Of a DNA stretch of 61,381 bases, positions 46,121 to 56,183 are shown piece by piece (position 1 is the first letter of the stretch; each line of letters opens with the position of its first letter). The stretch lies in contig CANORV010000001.1 of assembly GCA_947569245.1 (NCBI GenBank), forward strand, positions 1 through 61,381, read 5' to 3'. The notes under the pieces are model-generated. The model saw only the letters and a list, made by a program, of their open reading frames with translations, was not told the DNA's origin and made no database searches. This DNA is from an uncultured Mycoplasmatota bacterium. GTDB lineage: Bacteria > Bacillota_I > Bacilli_A > RF39 > UBA660. A program made the translations under genes and the position numbers.

Positions 46121-46192
46121 ATAAATTACACTCCCTCTATATCTATCATTCTAACATAATCATCTAAATGTTACAACTTCAATTAAACAAGC

Positions 46193-46867
46193 TTACTTTT
46201 TACTATTACTTTTAAACCTTAACATCCTATCATAAATTCTAAACTTTGGATAAGATTTCTTAAAACGTCTATAAAGAATCGAATTAGAATCAAGCCATAA
46301 TAAAACCTTTTTTCTAATAACTTCTGTATTATCAATAGACTGTTTTTTTATCTCCTTTTTTATCTTACTCATAATCTTAAAAGAGATAATAATATCAACA
46401 ACATGAACAATTAATAATATAATAGCAACAACTAAAATAGTAATATCACTTAATTTTTCAACAAAACCTACAATTAACGGATGAACAAAATAAATAATAA
46501 TTGTTCCAAAAATACCAAAAGGAATCATTGTTTCTAAACAAATTCTACCATTTATATTAAATTTCCATCTAGAGTAATCCCACCATCTAGCCTTAAAAAG
46601 TTTTTCCATTATATATGAAGTAAAATACTCTAAAACTGAACAAATAAGAATACATTTTAAAAAGACTGCTAATAAATCATCAGTATTATTAGAAACAAGT
46701 AAAATAATTCCTAAAACACCATATCCATAAATTGGACATATTGGTCCTATTAAAAAACCACGGTTAACAAATCGTTTTAATTCAATTAACTTTTCAATTA
46801 CTTCCTTTACCCATCCTAAAAATGAATAAATCATAAAATAAATAAAATATTTACAAAATATCATCAT
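46193..46867 (-). CDS. CmpB-like polytopic membrane protein ('putative ABC-transporter type IV' family)
   Basis: 'KARWWDYS' motif with flanking TM helices, recalled as typical of PF06541-type proteins. Confidence 0.5.
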   Translation of the reverse strand: MMIFCKYFIYFMIYSFLGWVKEVIEKLIELKRFVNRGFLIGPICPIYGYGVLGIILLVSNNTDDLLAVFLKCILICSVLEYFTSYIMEKLFKARWWDYSRWKFNINGRICLETMIPFGIFGTIIIYFVHPLIVGFVEKLSDITILVVAIILLIVHVVDIIISFKIMSKIKKEIKKQSIDNTEVIRKKVLLWLDSNSILYRRFKKSYPKFRIYDRMLRFKSNSKK

Positions 46868-46999
46868 TATATCAACTTCCTAACTCTATTATATAATAAT
46901 TTTAAAAGTTATTAAAGAAAATAAAATTAGTAACACGTTATAAAAGATAAATACTACTTATTATCATTATACTTTATTAAGTAAATTTAATTACTACAT

Positions 47000-47031
47000 A
47001 AAAAAAGAAACTAGCATTCTAACTAGATTTC
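47000..47031 (-). terminator. rho-independent terminator after the YbjQ-family gene
   Basis: Minus strand reads GAAATCTAG..CTAGTTTC followed by TTTTTTT. The stem includes the stop codon. Confidence 0.5.
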
Positions 47032-47358
47032 CTTCTTTCTACATTCTTTTATTTTTACAGCAGTTCCATAAGCAATTATTTCAGCTGCCCCATTCATAAC
47101 TGCAGATGATCCATATCTAATATTAATAACTGCATCAGCACCTAAACTAGTAGCATCATCAACCATTCTTTTAGTAGCAACCTGTCTTGCTGTTTTAATC
47201 ATTTCAGTGTAAGAAGATATTTCACCACCTACAATAGTTTTCATTCCTGCCATAAAATCTCTTCCTATATTTTTAGACTGTACAACCTGTCCCTTAACTA
47301 TTCCTAAACATTCCGTTATCTCATAACCTGGAATATAATCAATATTTACTAGCTTCAT
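47023..47358 (-). CDS. YbjQ/UPF0145-family protein
   Basis: 'GYEITECLGIVKGQVVQSKNIGRDFMAGMKTIVGGEI..Y' and 'GADAVINIRY' are canonical UPF0145 sequence. Confidence 0.85.
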   Translation of the reverse strand: MKLVNIDYIPGYEITECLGIVKGQVVQSKNIGRDFMAGMKTIVGGEISSYTEMIKTARQVATKRMVDDATSLGADAVINIRYGSSAVMNGAAEIIAYGTAVKIKECRKKEI

Positions 47359-47983
47359 CTTCTTCTCCTTTTTTTATTTCTTTTATTCTAACTATCAAAT
47401 TATAACTAATACTAATTATTGGTATTAAAAATATCAACATCACAAACAAATAAATGACTAATGGCATATTATCATTTTCAGTAAATTGAAAATAAGATAT
47501 CACTAAAATGATAAATACAAAAAAAGCACTAAATATTAAACTTGATAGTATTGCACCCCTTATTTTTTTGACATGACTAATTTTTACATCCTTCAAAGTA
47601 AATCCTTCCTTTTTTAAAATATTAATCTCTTGAAAATAATTATTAATATCGATGGAAGTAAAAGTATCTGTAGATTTTTCTATTTCTTCACACATATTCT
47701 TAATTTTTTGATAATTTTCTTCTTCCATTTCTATTTTTTTTATTCTATCCTGCATACACTCTTGTAATGTAAGTAAACCATCATTTAACAATTTCAACTC
47801 TCTTATTGGTACATTTAACTCACGTAAAAACTTAATTATTTTAAGTTTATTAATATCTACATCACTATATACTCGGTAATCATTTTCTTTATTTCGTTTT
47901 GGTGTAATTAAACCATTTTCTTCATAATACCTAATACTCTTTTTAGATAAACCAACTACTACTTCTACTTCATGAATATTCAA
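47339..47983 (-). CDS. MerR-family regulator fused to two C-terminal TM helices
   Basis: 'IHEVEVVVGLSKKSIRYYEENGLITPKR' is a MerR HTH. A coiled-coil follows, then 'AILSSLIFSAFFVFIILVI' and 'LVIYLFVMLIFLIPIISI'. TTG start with an AAAGGAGGAG RBS. Confidence 0.75.
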   Translation of the reverse strand: MNIHEVEVVVGLSKKSIRYYEENGLITPKRNKENDYRVYSDVDINKLKIIKFLRELNVPIRELKLLNDGLLTLQECMQDRIKKIEMEEENYQKIKNMCEEIEKSTDTFTSIDINNYFQEINILKKEGFTLKDVKISHVKKIRGAILSSLIFSAFFVFIILVISYFQFTENDNMPLVIYLFVMLIFLIPIISISYNLIVRIKEIKKGEEDEASKY

Positions 47984-48099
47984 AAGCTTTCTCCTCCTTT
48001 CATAAAAACAATATAGACCATAACCTAAGGGTAAGGTCAACAATAATTTAAAAAATTTATTAAAAAAAAGAAATCTTTTTATTTCTTTTAAACAACTAC

Positions 48100-48957
48100 T
48101 TAGCTTTCTTTACTTTTAATTATTTCATTAACACTTTTACCTTTACTAAAATCAGTAATAGCATCAAAAAGTTCATCAACATCATCAGTATCAAAATCAG
48201 CACTTGCTAGTTCATCTGTATCAATTAATAAATCACTAACTTTATCTAAAACATCAAGTACTACAGTATAATCAACTGCATAACTTGAAACATTAGCTAT
48301 TGGAGAAACTATCGATTCAAGTTGAGAATTATCAAGTACATCTTTATATTCTCTAATAAATCTAGACATTGTCTTATTAATGTTTTTAGTATTATACTTA
48401 ATATCTTCTCTAAATTTTTCATCATTATTAAACCTATCTAAAACATAATTAACTACTTTCTCATTTGCACAATTAAAAAACTTCTTACTAATATCACTAT
48501 CCAAAATAACATACATTTTATTTTTTTCATTTAAATTCCAATTATCGATAGTATTAAAAGCTTCCTCAAACTTAGTATTATCTTCTATCTTTTTTAAATA
48601 ATAATCATGTACAGAACCTCTTGTCATTGGATACGTAATAAAGGAATATCTAACTTTATAAACTAAAACAATTTCAAGACCAATTATAAGAAGAAAGATA
48701 CAAAACTTTAATGGTATCAATAAAAAATTAGTAACTATCCTAAAAACCTTTGTTTTATTATCAACAACACTAAATTTTCTATCCACCCTTCTGACAAATA
48801 AAACTTTCCAAAAAAACCAAACTGGAGAAGTTATAATTATAAATGCTTTTTTCAAAATATTTAATGTCTTACCGAAAAAGCCAATATTATCATTATCCTT
48901 TTCTAAATCAATATCTGTAGAATCATCTACATTATTTTTACTATCTATCTTCTTCAT
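48100..48957 (-). CDS. membrane protein, unknown function
   Basis: 285-aa ORF with two TM helices near residues 35-100 and an acidic C-terminus. Confidence 0.5.
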   Translation of the reverse strand: MKKIDSKNNVDDSTDIDLEKDNDNIGFFGKTLNILKKAFIIITSPVWFFWKVLFVRRVDRKFSVVDNKTKVFRIVTNFLLIPLKFCIFLLIIGLEIVLVYKVRYSFITYPMTRGSVHDYYLKKIEDNTKFEEAFNTIDNWNLNEKNKMYVILDSDISKKFFNCANEKVVNYVLDRFNNDEKFREDIKYNTKNINKTMSRFIREYKDVLDNSQLESIVSPIANVSSYAVDYTVVLDVLDKVSDLLIDTDELASADFDTDDVDELFDAITDFSKGKSVNEIIKSKES

Positions 48958-49072
48958 TAAATATCACCACTTTCAATCTTATTCTACAAATACTAAAGTA
49001 CCATGTCAATATATAAACTTACAAAATATAAAGAAAAAGCAAATTAAACCTTTTTCTAATTTGCTTTTTTCA

Positions 49073-50218
49073 TTACTGACTTAAAATATTTTTAATATGC
49101 TCACTAACATCTATTTGTGGAATCATTATATCTTCTCTTTGTTCTGTTTTAATAGCTGATTTAATAATTGGAGAAACAATAGCAAGTTTTTCTAAATCAG
49201 TACTGTTATCTTTAAATGAAACTACAATAGATGCCATCACAGTTGCATCAATTTGAGTATAAGCTACTACTGTATCAATATCATTTACTGTTACCTGAAT
49301 AAGAATATATTCTACTTCTTCATATGTTTTTATACTAATACTATCCTTAACAGTTATACCAGCATTTTTTAAAGACTCTTCTAACATGTTAATTCTCGAC
49401 TTCAATAATTCATAATTTCCTTCAAACAAATTTATTAAAGTTTTAAAAGTGTTTTCACTATCCGTAAGAATTAAACCCTGATTATTAACTGAAACATTTA
49501 AATTTTGTGATATTTCAAAAGTATATGCTCCTATTATAGCTTTACTATTAGATGTTTTATTTTCACAAACTGGAGGAGTAGGAATATTAGTATTATCATC
49601 TCTATTAATAAAGTTACTATTACCAGAGTCTTTTGTAACAATTAATACAATTATTACTATAAGAGCAATCATTATAGCCATTAAAACTCCAAAAATAGCA
49701 TATTTAATATTATCATTAGACTTTAATTTACTTTTATCAAACTCTTCACTAACATTTTCATTTAAGTTGTTAGATACTTGATTACTAGAAATATTCTCCT
49801 TATTATCGTATTCTTTATAACTAGAGGAAGCACTTTCAACTTCCCTTTTCTGATTAGAAAAATTATCTTCCAAATGATATCTATCCATTATCTTTTGATA
49901 AGTATTTATACTTTGCAAATTAGTAGTTTGATTACCATCAAAAGTATTAGAACCATTTACTGAAGAACTACTAAAATTCGATGGAGTAAATAAATCACCA
50001 TTACTTGTTTCATTTGATGATTGATTAATATTATTAACATCATCCACCTTTAATGATTGAAATCCTACAAAATCACCTTTATCTTGATTATTATTAACAA
50101 CATTATAAGTATCATTAACAGTTTGATTTTTCAAAAAATCAGAAGGAGAACCACAATTCTTACAAAATTTATCACCATCATTTAATAAAAATCCACAATT
50201 CTTACAATTCATCAACAT
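49073..50218 (-). CDS. zinc-ribbon/TM protein, unknown function
   Basis: N-terminal 'CKNCGFLLNDGDKFCKNCG', a low-complexity Asn/Ser linker, the TM segment 'AIFGVLMAIMIALIVIIVLIV', and a 180-aa C-terminal domain. Confidence 0.6.
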   Translation of the reverse strand: MLMNCKNCGFLLNDGDKFCKNCGSPSDFLKNQTVNDTYNVVNNNQDKGDFVGFQSLKVDDVNNINQSSNETSNGDLFTPSNFSSSSVNGSNTFDGNQTTNLQSINTYQKIMDRYHLEDNFSNQKREVESASSSYKEYDNKENISSNQVSNNLNENVSEEFDKSKLKSNDNIKYAIFGVLMAIMIALIVIIVLIVTKDSGNSNFINRDDNTNIPTPPVCENKTSNSKAIIGAYTFEISQNLNVSVNNQGLILTDSENTFKTLINLFEGNYELLKSRINMLEESLKNAGITVKDSISIKTYEEVEYILIQVTVNDIDTVVAYTQIDATVMASIVVSFKDNSTDLEKLAIVSPIIKSAIKTEQREDIMIPQIDVSEHIKNILSQ

Positions 50219-50477
50219 TTACCTCTTTTCACACTATTTTATTAAAACCCCTTACTAAACAATTAAAAACTACTAAATTAAATAGAAAATAGATATTGAC
50301 AATTTAACGATTTATCTTCTTAAATTTCACCTAAAAAATCATACATTTTTCTATTCTTTATAATATTATTATACACTTAAATCTTATCAGTTTCAATTAA
50401 TATATAAAAGAAATACTAAATTATAACTATCATAAAAAGGCAACTATTTAAGAATAAAAATTAAAAATATAATTTTA

Positions 50478-53075
50478 TTACTCTGTTCTAAGAGCTTCAA
50501 CAGGGTCCTTCTTAGCCGCCATTTTAGCTGGCATAAGCCCTGCTATAACAGTAAGAATCATACTGATAATAACTAGTACAATAGCACCAATTACTGGAAG
50601 AGATGCAATATTAGAAATATTAACAAAATGCTTTATCACTAAATTAATAGGAATATTTAAAATAACTGTTATTAAAATTCCAAAAACTCCTGCTGAAAAT
50701 CCCTCGAGAATTGTCTCTGCATTAAAAACTCTAGATATATCTTTTTTACTTGCTCCAATTGCCCTTAAAATCCCAATTTCTTTTGTTCTTTCTAATACTG
50801 AAATATAAGTAATGATACCAATCATAATACTTGATACAACTAAACTTATTGCAACAAAAGCTATAAGAACATAACTAATTGTATCAATAATACTAGAAAC
50901 ACTACTCATCATTACTCCAACAATATCCGTATAATTAATTACTTCTTCCTCTTTTTTATTATCACTTGCAGTATCATTATATTTATCTATTATCTTAACT
51001 ATTTCTTCCTTTGAATCAAAATCTTTAGGATAAATCTTAATACTAGATGGCTTACTAATATCAACTATTCCAAGTGTTTTCAAATTATCTTCATAAGTAC
51101 TACCTGCATTTTTAGTATACTGAAGAATAACATCGGCAAGTTCCTTTTGAGATAAAGAGGCTAAATAAGCCTTTTCCTCAGGTGTTAGCTTATTTATATC
51201 AAAATTATCTTTTATATCACTAAATTCCATACCTGTAAAAACATTCTTTAAAGGATTAGAAATCTGTTCTTTAGCTATTTGAGAATTACTAACGTTTTCT
51301 ATAATATATTTAGTTAGTTCACTACTATACCCAACAGTTGCACTAATTGAAGTAACTGTTGCTTCTTCATTTGGTCTAATAATTCCAACAACTTTAATCT
51401 CTGGTGCCTCATCAACTATTTTCTTTAAAAAAGAAGAATCATCTCTTTTATCTAACCACATACCATTTTGTTTAACAAAATAATCAGTGTTTAAAACGAG
51501 TTTAAATTTTAACTTTAAAAACTCTTCATAAGAATAAACTTCATTCATTACTTCTATTTCTTCACCAGCCATTATTTTCTTAAACATACCTGCTAACTCT
51601 TTTTGATCCTTAATTCCAAGTGCATATAAAGCATAATCACTAATTTCATTATTCTTATTTAAAATCAAAACAACTTCGTTATACTTATCAGGTAACCTTC
51701 CACTTAAAACATCATACTGTGTTTTAATAAGTTCCTTATTATCCAAAAGTTCCTCAAAAATATTTGTATTCATCATCATTGAAGAATTACCAAATTGTGA
51801 TTGTAATTCAAACATACTATCCATTCCCTCTACTCCGAATGAATCGAAAATAGTTACAGGATTTACTCTGGTAATAGAATTACTTGTATCACTATTATAT
51901 AACTGCATATCAAAATTATAACTATACTGAATAGCTGTTGTATAATCATTAATATTCGACTTCTTATTATCTAAAAATTTTTTAAATACCTCTAAGTTAT
52001 TAGTATTCATTTTAGAAGTCATCATATTAATTAAATCTGTCATAATATTTCCTGAATACACCTTATCAAGCTCGTGATTAACATCTACATCCTTTGCTGT
52101 CATAAGCGTTGTAATCAAACTAGCTGTATCAACAGTTTTTTCATCTACTACAATCGGATAAGTTGACAAAGTATCTTCCTCAACTTTCCTTATATAATTC
52201 CTAACTCCACTAGATAAAGATAAAATAAGTGCAATTCCTATTATTCCAATTGATCCTGCAAAGGCCGTTAAAATAGTTCTTCCTTTCTTAGTTAATAAGT
52301 TATTTAAACTTAAAGACATTGCTGTAGTAAAAGACATACTAGTCTTCTTTAACGACTTTATTCTTTTCTTTTTATCTTCATTGACACTAACACACTCTAA
52401 AAATGGATTAGTATCATCAATTATCTTTCCATCCAAAAGTCTTACAATTCTAGTTGAATACTTACTAGCAAGATCAGGATTATGTGTAACCATAATAACC
52501 AATTTTTCATTAGCTATTTCCTTTAATAACTCCATTATCTGAATACTAGTCTCAGAATCAAGTGCCCCAGTTGGCTCATCTAAAAGTAAAATATCAGGAT
52601 CATTAATAAGGGCACGGGCTATAGCAATTCTTTGCATTTGTCCACCTGACATCTGATTAGGCTTTTTATTCATATGATCAATTAAACCGACCCTTTTTAA
52701 AACTTCAATTGCCTTTTTTCTTCTTTCTGTTTTATTAATTCCTGATAATGTTAAAGATAGTTCAACATTTGCCAAAGCAGTCTGATGTGGTATTAAATTA
52801 TAACTTTGAAAAACAAAACCAATACTGTGATTTCTATAAGTATCAAAATCTCTATCAGTATACTTTTTTGTAGAAACTCCATTTATAACTAAATCACCAC
52901 TTGTGTAATTATCAAGTCCACCAATAATATTTAAAAGTGTTGTCTTCCCACTTCCTGATGGTCCTAAAATAGAAACAAACTCATTTTCTCTAAACTTAAT
53001 ACTAACATCATCTAATGCCTTTTGTTTTAAATCAGCTGTTTCATAATACTTAGTAATTTTCTTTATCTCGAGCAC
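50478..53075 (-). CDS. fused ABC transporter ATPase/FtsX-type permease (MacB-like)
   Basis: N-terminal 'GPSGSGKTT', 'MSGGQMQRIAIARAL' and 'LLLDEPTGALD'. The C-terminus carries an FtsX-like 4-TM permease with a large extracytoplasmic loop. GTG start. Confidence 0.85.
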   Translation of the reverse strand: MLEIKKITKYYETADLKQKALDDVSIKFRENEFVSILGPSGSGKTTLLNIIGGLDNYTSGDLVINGVSTKKYTDRDFDTYRNHSIGFVFQSYNLIPHQTALANVELSLTLSGINKTERRKKAIEVLKRVGLIDHMNKKPNQMSGGQMQRIAIARALINDPDILLLDEPTGALDSETSIQIMELLKEIANEKLVIMVTHNPDLASKYSTRIVRLLDGKIIDDTNPFLECVSVNEDKKKRIKSLKKTSMSFTTAMSLSLNNLLTKKGRTILTAFAGSIGIIGIALILSLSSGVRNYIRKVEEDTLSTYPIVVDEKTVDTASLITTLMTAKDVDVNHELDKVYSGNIMTDLINMMTSKMNTNNLEVFKKFLDNKKSNINDYTTAIQYSYNFDMQLYNSDTSNSITRVNPVTIFDSFGVEGMDSMFELQSQFGNSSMMMNTNIFEELLDNKELIKTQYDVLSGRLPDKYNEVVLILNKNNEISDYALYALGIKDQKELAGMFKKIMAGEEIEVMNEVYSYEEFLKLKFKLVLNTDYFVKQNGMWLDKRDDSSFLKKIVDEAPEIKVVGIIRPNEEATVTSISATVGYSSELTKYIIENVSNSQIAKEQISNPLKNVFTGMEFSDIKDNFDINKLTPEEKAYLASLSQKELADVILQYTKNAGSTYEDNLKTLGIVDISKPSSIKIYPKDFDSKEEIVKIIDKYNDTASDNKKEEEVINYTDIVGVMMSSVSSIIDTISYVLIAFVAISLVVSSIMIGIITYISVLERTKEIGILRAIGASKKDISRVFNAETILEGFSAGVFGILITVILNIPINLVIKHFVNISNIASLPVIGAIVLVIISMILTVIAGLMPAKMAAKKDPVEALRTE

Positions 53076-53136
53076 CGTATCATCTCCTTATATAACAATT
53101 ATAAAAAAAAGGATATAGTTAGTCAACTATTATCCC

Positions 53137-54144
53137 TTATTTTACCAAGTATTTATTACCTTCCTTTTCTGATACATTTTCATAATCTTTACATGTATCA
53201 TAAATAAAATCACCAACTTTATAAGTTTTATCATTAAGCACAAAATAAGATGCTATAGAAACACTTGAAACATTACCTTTAGAAGTATCAAAATTAAAAA
53301 CATAAAAAGATGGTAAACAATAACTAGTCTTTATAAATGGTGCTGCATAAAAAATTAACATTCCATTATAAAAATAAGATTTTTGAATATGTAAATGTCC
53401 TCTTAAAATTATATCAATATTTTCACCTTCATAAAAGTTAACAACATCTTTATCATACTCATAGAGTCTATTTTTTGTCATATAAAATGGATGATCTAAA
53501 GCAATAGACATATCATTAACCTTTACTAAAGCTTTTCCACCTCTACTTGAACCAAGTGGAACAAAGTCGAGCCTTTTATCCATAATTTCTTCTACTAAAT
53601 CAATACCATATCTATTTAATAACCTATTATCATGATTTCCTTTTATATAATAAGTATTAATATTTTTATAAAACGGATAATTTTTAATTAAATTATCAAC
53701 TTCTAATAAAATATTATTAAAAATTAACATTCTTGACTCATTTGTATTATCTTTATAATCAAAAATTTCTTGATCTAAGACATCACCTAAATGAAAAACA
53801 TGTGAAACTCCTAAATTTCTAAATGTTTTATACATTGTCCAAATATCATCAAAATTATATTTTTCCTCAGTCTTTATATGTGTATCACTTACTACTGCTA
53901 TACTAAATCTTTCTGAAGAAACATCAAAGGTCATTACTTCTTTATATGGACTTTTTTTGACAAGTGATGTTTTTAGACAAAGTGTTCCATCTTCAAACAC
54001 ATAATCAATTTCATAACCATTTAATCTAATTTTACTAATTATCTCTGCTATATCTCCTCTTTTATAACGTTTACCACATAATTCTTTAAGTGAAATTCCT
54101 TCTTCTAAAAGTGCCAAAACTTTATTATAACTTTTACTATTCAT
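53137..54144 (-). CDS. calcineurin-like metallophosphoesterase with N-terminal wHTH-like domain
   Basis: 'VVSDTHI', 'HLGDVLD', 'KGNHD' and 'LRGHLH' motifs appear in order. Start moved to MNSKSYN (GGTGG RBS). Confidence 0.75.
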   Translation of the reverse strand: MNSKSYNKVLALLEEGISLKELCGKRYKRGDIAEIISKIRLNGYEIDYVFEDGTLCLKTSLVKKSPYKEVMTFDVSSERFSIAVVSDTHIKTEEKYNFDDIWTMYKTFRNLGVSHVFHLGDVLDQEIFDYKDNTNESRMLIFNNILLEVDNLIKNYPFYKNINTYYIKGNHDNRLLNRYGIDLVEEIMDKRLDFVPLGSSRGGKALVKVNDMSIALDHPFYMTKNRLYEYDKDVVNFYEGENIDIILRGHLHIQKSYFYNGMLIFYAAPFIKTSYCLPSFYVFNFDTSKGNVSSVSIASYFVLNDKTYKVGDFIYDTCKDYENVSEKEGNKYLVK

Positions 54145-54212
54145 ACCTACCACCTGATTAATAAAATAATTATAACACATCTTTGACTTAAAAGATATCT
54201 TTATATTTTACT

Positions 54213-54932
54213 TTATTTATATGTGTTAATAAATATATCTGGATAATATGTAATAACAAATATATTATCAAATATTTTCTTTTTAGAAGGACAACTACTT
54301 ATATCCTTAAAAAAATTCATCAAAATATCAATCCCACTACTATCTATAACATTAACCATTACCTTTTTATTATTTTCAAGTTGCTGAATTAATACTTTTT
54401 CATTTAACATATAACATGGAAAAACATAAAATTCCAAATCAATATAATTATCTCCTGATTGTTCAATAAGCCACCCTAAATTACAAGAGTATTTTTTTGA
54501 TTTAATCAGTGTAATAAGTATTTGATTTGAGCTAAAAAGACAAACAGAAATTTCTGGAAACTTATTTAATATAGTAAATATTTCATTTATGTATTCTGTA
54601 TTAATCTTAACTATATCAGAAACTGTACTTTCTGTAAGATAAGGAAGATCAAGTGGTAAAACATTAAGCATTATTTCCTTATTAAAATCTTTTAATCCCT
54701 CTAAATAAACATCTAATGGTTTTATTTCCGATGAGTTTATCTGTGAAAGAGTTGAATGCTGAATTGCATTAATTTCTGTAATTGTATTAGTTGGATTTTC
54801 AAAAACTACAATTTTTCCATTGGCAGTTCTTGTAATATCTAAAACAACTCCATGTATATCAGAATCACTATAAGCTTTTGAGAAAAAATCAAAATTATTA
54901 TATCTATTATTCTTATGAGAAAGAATGTTCAT
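54213..54932 (-). CDS. hypothetical protein, weakly GDPD-like (degenerate)
   Basis: 'LSHKNN...VVLDITRTANGKIVVFEN' loosely follows the GDPD 'HRG..ENT..E.D...T.DG..V..HD' pattern, but the catalytic residues are not conserved. Confidence 0.35.
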   Translation of the reverse strand: MNILSHKNNRYNNFDFFSKAYSDSDIHGVVLDITRTANGKIVVFENPTNTITEINAIQHSTLSQINSSEIKPLDVYLEGLKDFNKEIMLNVLPLDLPYLTESTVSDIVKINTEYINEIFTILNKFPEISVCLFSSNQILITLIKSKKYSCNLGWLIEQSGDNYIDLEFYVFPCYMLNEKVLIQQLENNKKVMVNVIDSSGIDILMNFFKDISSCPSKKKIFDNIFVITYYPDIFINTYK

Positions 54933-55031
54933 AACATCACCTAATCTAATATATGACAATTACTATCCAAACTTACCTTAAAAACCAAAAGAAAAACAGA
55001 TTATAAAATCCGTCTTATCTTAAATTATTTT

Positions 55032-56183
55032 TTAATTTGTAAATAGTATTTTTTCAGATTTATATTGTCTTACAATTACAAATAACACTGTTGTTATAAT
55101 AACAATTGTTGATACAAGCATCAAAATTATATTTAAATAATTTACTGTTCCATTAGTTATATCAGTAAATAATAATGTAAAATTAAGAAATGGAATAAGA
55201 GATAATATTGCACTTGTTTTAATATCAATTAAGAAAGCTATCATTCCTGGAAAAAAGGAAATAAATGTAAGTGGAGTAAGTGAACTTTGAGCTTCTTTAA
55301 AGGTTTTTGATTTACTTGCAATTGCAATGCACAACCCACTTATCAAAAAGGAATATGCAATAATTACAATACTTGCAAATACTAAACTAGATACTGGTAA
55401 CATTAAGTCAACATCCTTATACAAAGTGAACATATCATTTGCAACTACTAATGAAATAACAGTAAGTATCAAACTTATTACTCCTGTTATAATAGATGAA
55501 ATTGAAACACTTAAAAATTTTCCAATAATTATATCTTTACTCTTAATAGGAAAAGTAAGTAATGTTTCAAGTGTTCCTCTTTCCTTTTCACCAGCTGTTG
55601 TATCAGTTGCCGGGTAAGTAGCTGATACTGTAATAGCCATAATAATAAATAAAAAAGCATAACTAGTTATATATTTAGCAAAAAAATTATCTTCACTAAT
55701 AATATTTTCTTCCAAAGTAATAATATTTAAAATACTTTCACTATCTAAATTTTTATCATCTAAAACTTCTTTTTGCAAATAACTTTTATAACTATTAAAA
55801 TAACTTTCTACTAAAGAAGAAGCAAAAGTTGTTGTATCATTAACCTTTCCATTAATAATATACTTATTTTCACTTTTAGTAACATATAAATCTAAGTTAC
55901 CCATTTCATAATCCTTACGTACTTTTTCTTCATTTTCATAAAAAGAAGCATCGATACCTATCTCATCTAAAATTTTCTTTTCAACATCACTCATTTTATA
56001 AGAAAAACCTATTTTATTATAAGATTTAACATCTCTATTAGTTTGCATTTCAAATAAAGCAGACATCCCAATAACAAGTAAAGGAATCATTAAAGGAATA
56101 ATTAACATCATAGATAATGATTTTTTATCTCTAAACATTTCTCTTACTTCTTTTTTCAAAATATTAAACATATTATTCTTCAT
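55032..56183 (-). CDS. ABC-2 type exporter permease (NatB-like)
   Basis: N-terminal 'ILKKEVREMFRDKKS', a large first loop and C-terminal multi-TM region. Start at ATG 56183 (AGGAGG 8 nt upstream). Overlaps the ATPase gene. Confidence 0.8.
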   Translation of the reverse strand: MKNNMFNILKKEVREMFRDKKSLSMMLIIPLMIPLLVIGMSALFEMQTNRDVKSYNKIGFSYKMSDVEKKILDEIGIDASFYENEEKVRKDYEMGNLDLYVTKSENKYIINGKVNDTTTFASSLVESYFNSYKSYLQKEVLDDKNLDSESILNIITLEENIISEDNFFAKYITSYAFLFIIMAITVSATYPATDTTAGEKERGTLETLLTFPIKSKDIIIGKFLSVSISSIITGVISLILTVISLVVANDMFTLYKDVDLMLPVSSLVFASIVIIAYSFLISGLCIAIASKSKTFKEAQSSLTPLTFISFFPGMIAFLIDIKTSAILSLIPFLNFTLLFTDITNGTVNYLNIILMLVSTIVIITTVLFVIVRQYKSEKILFTN

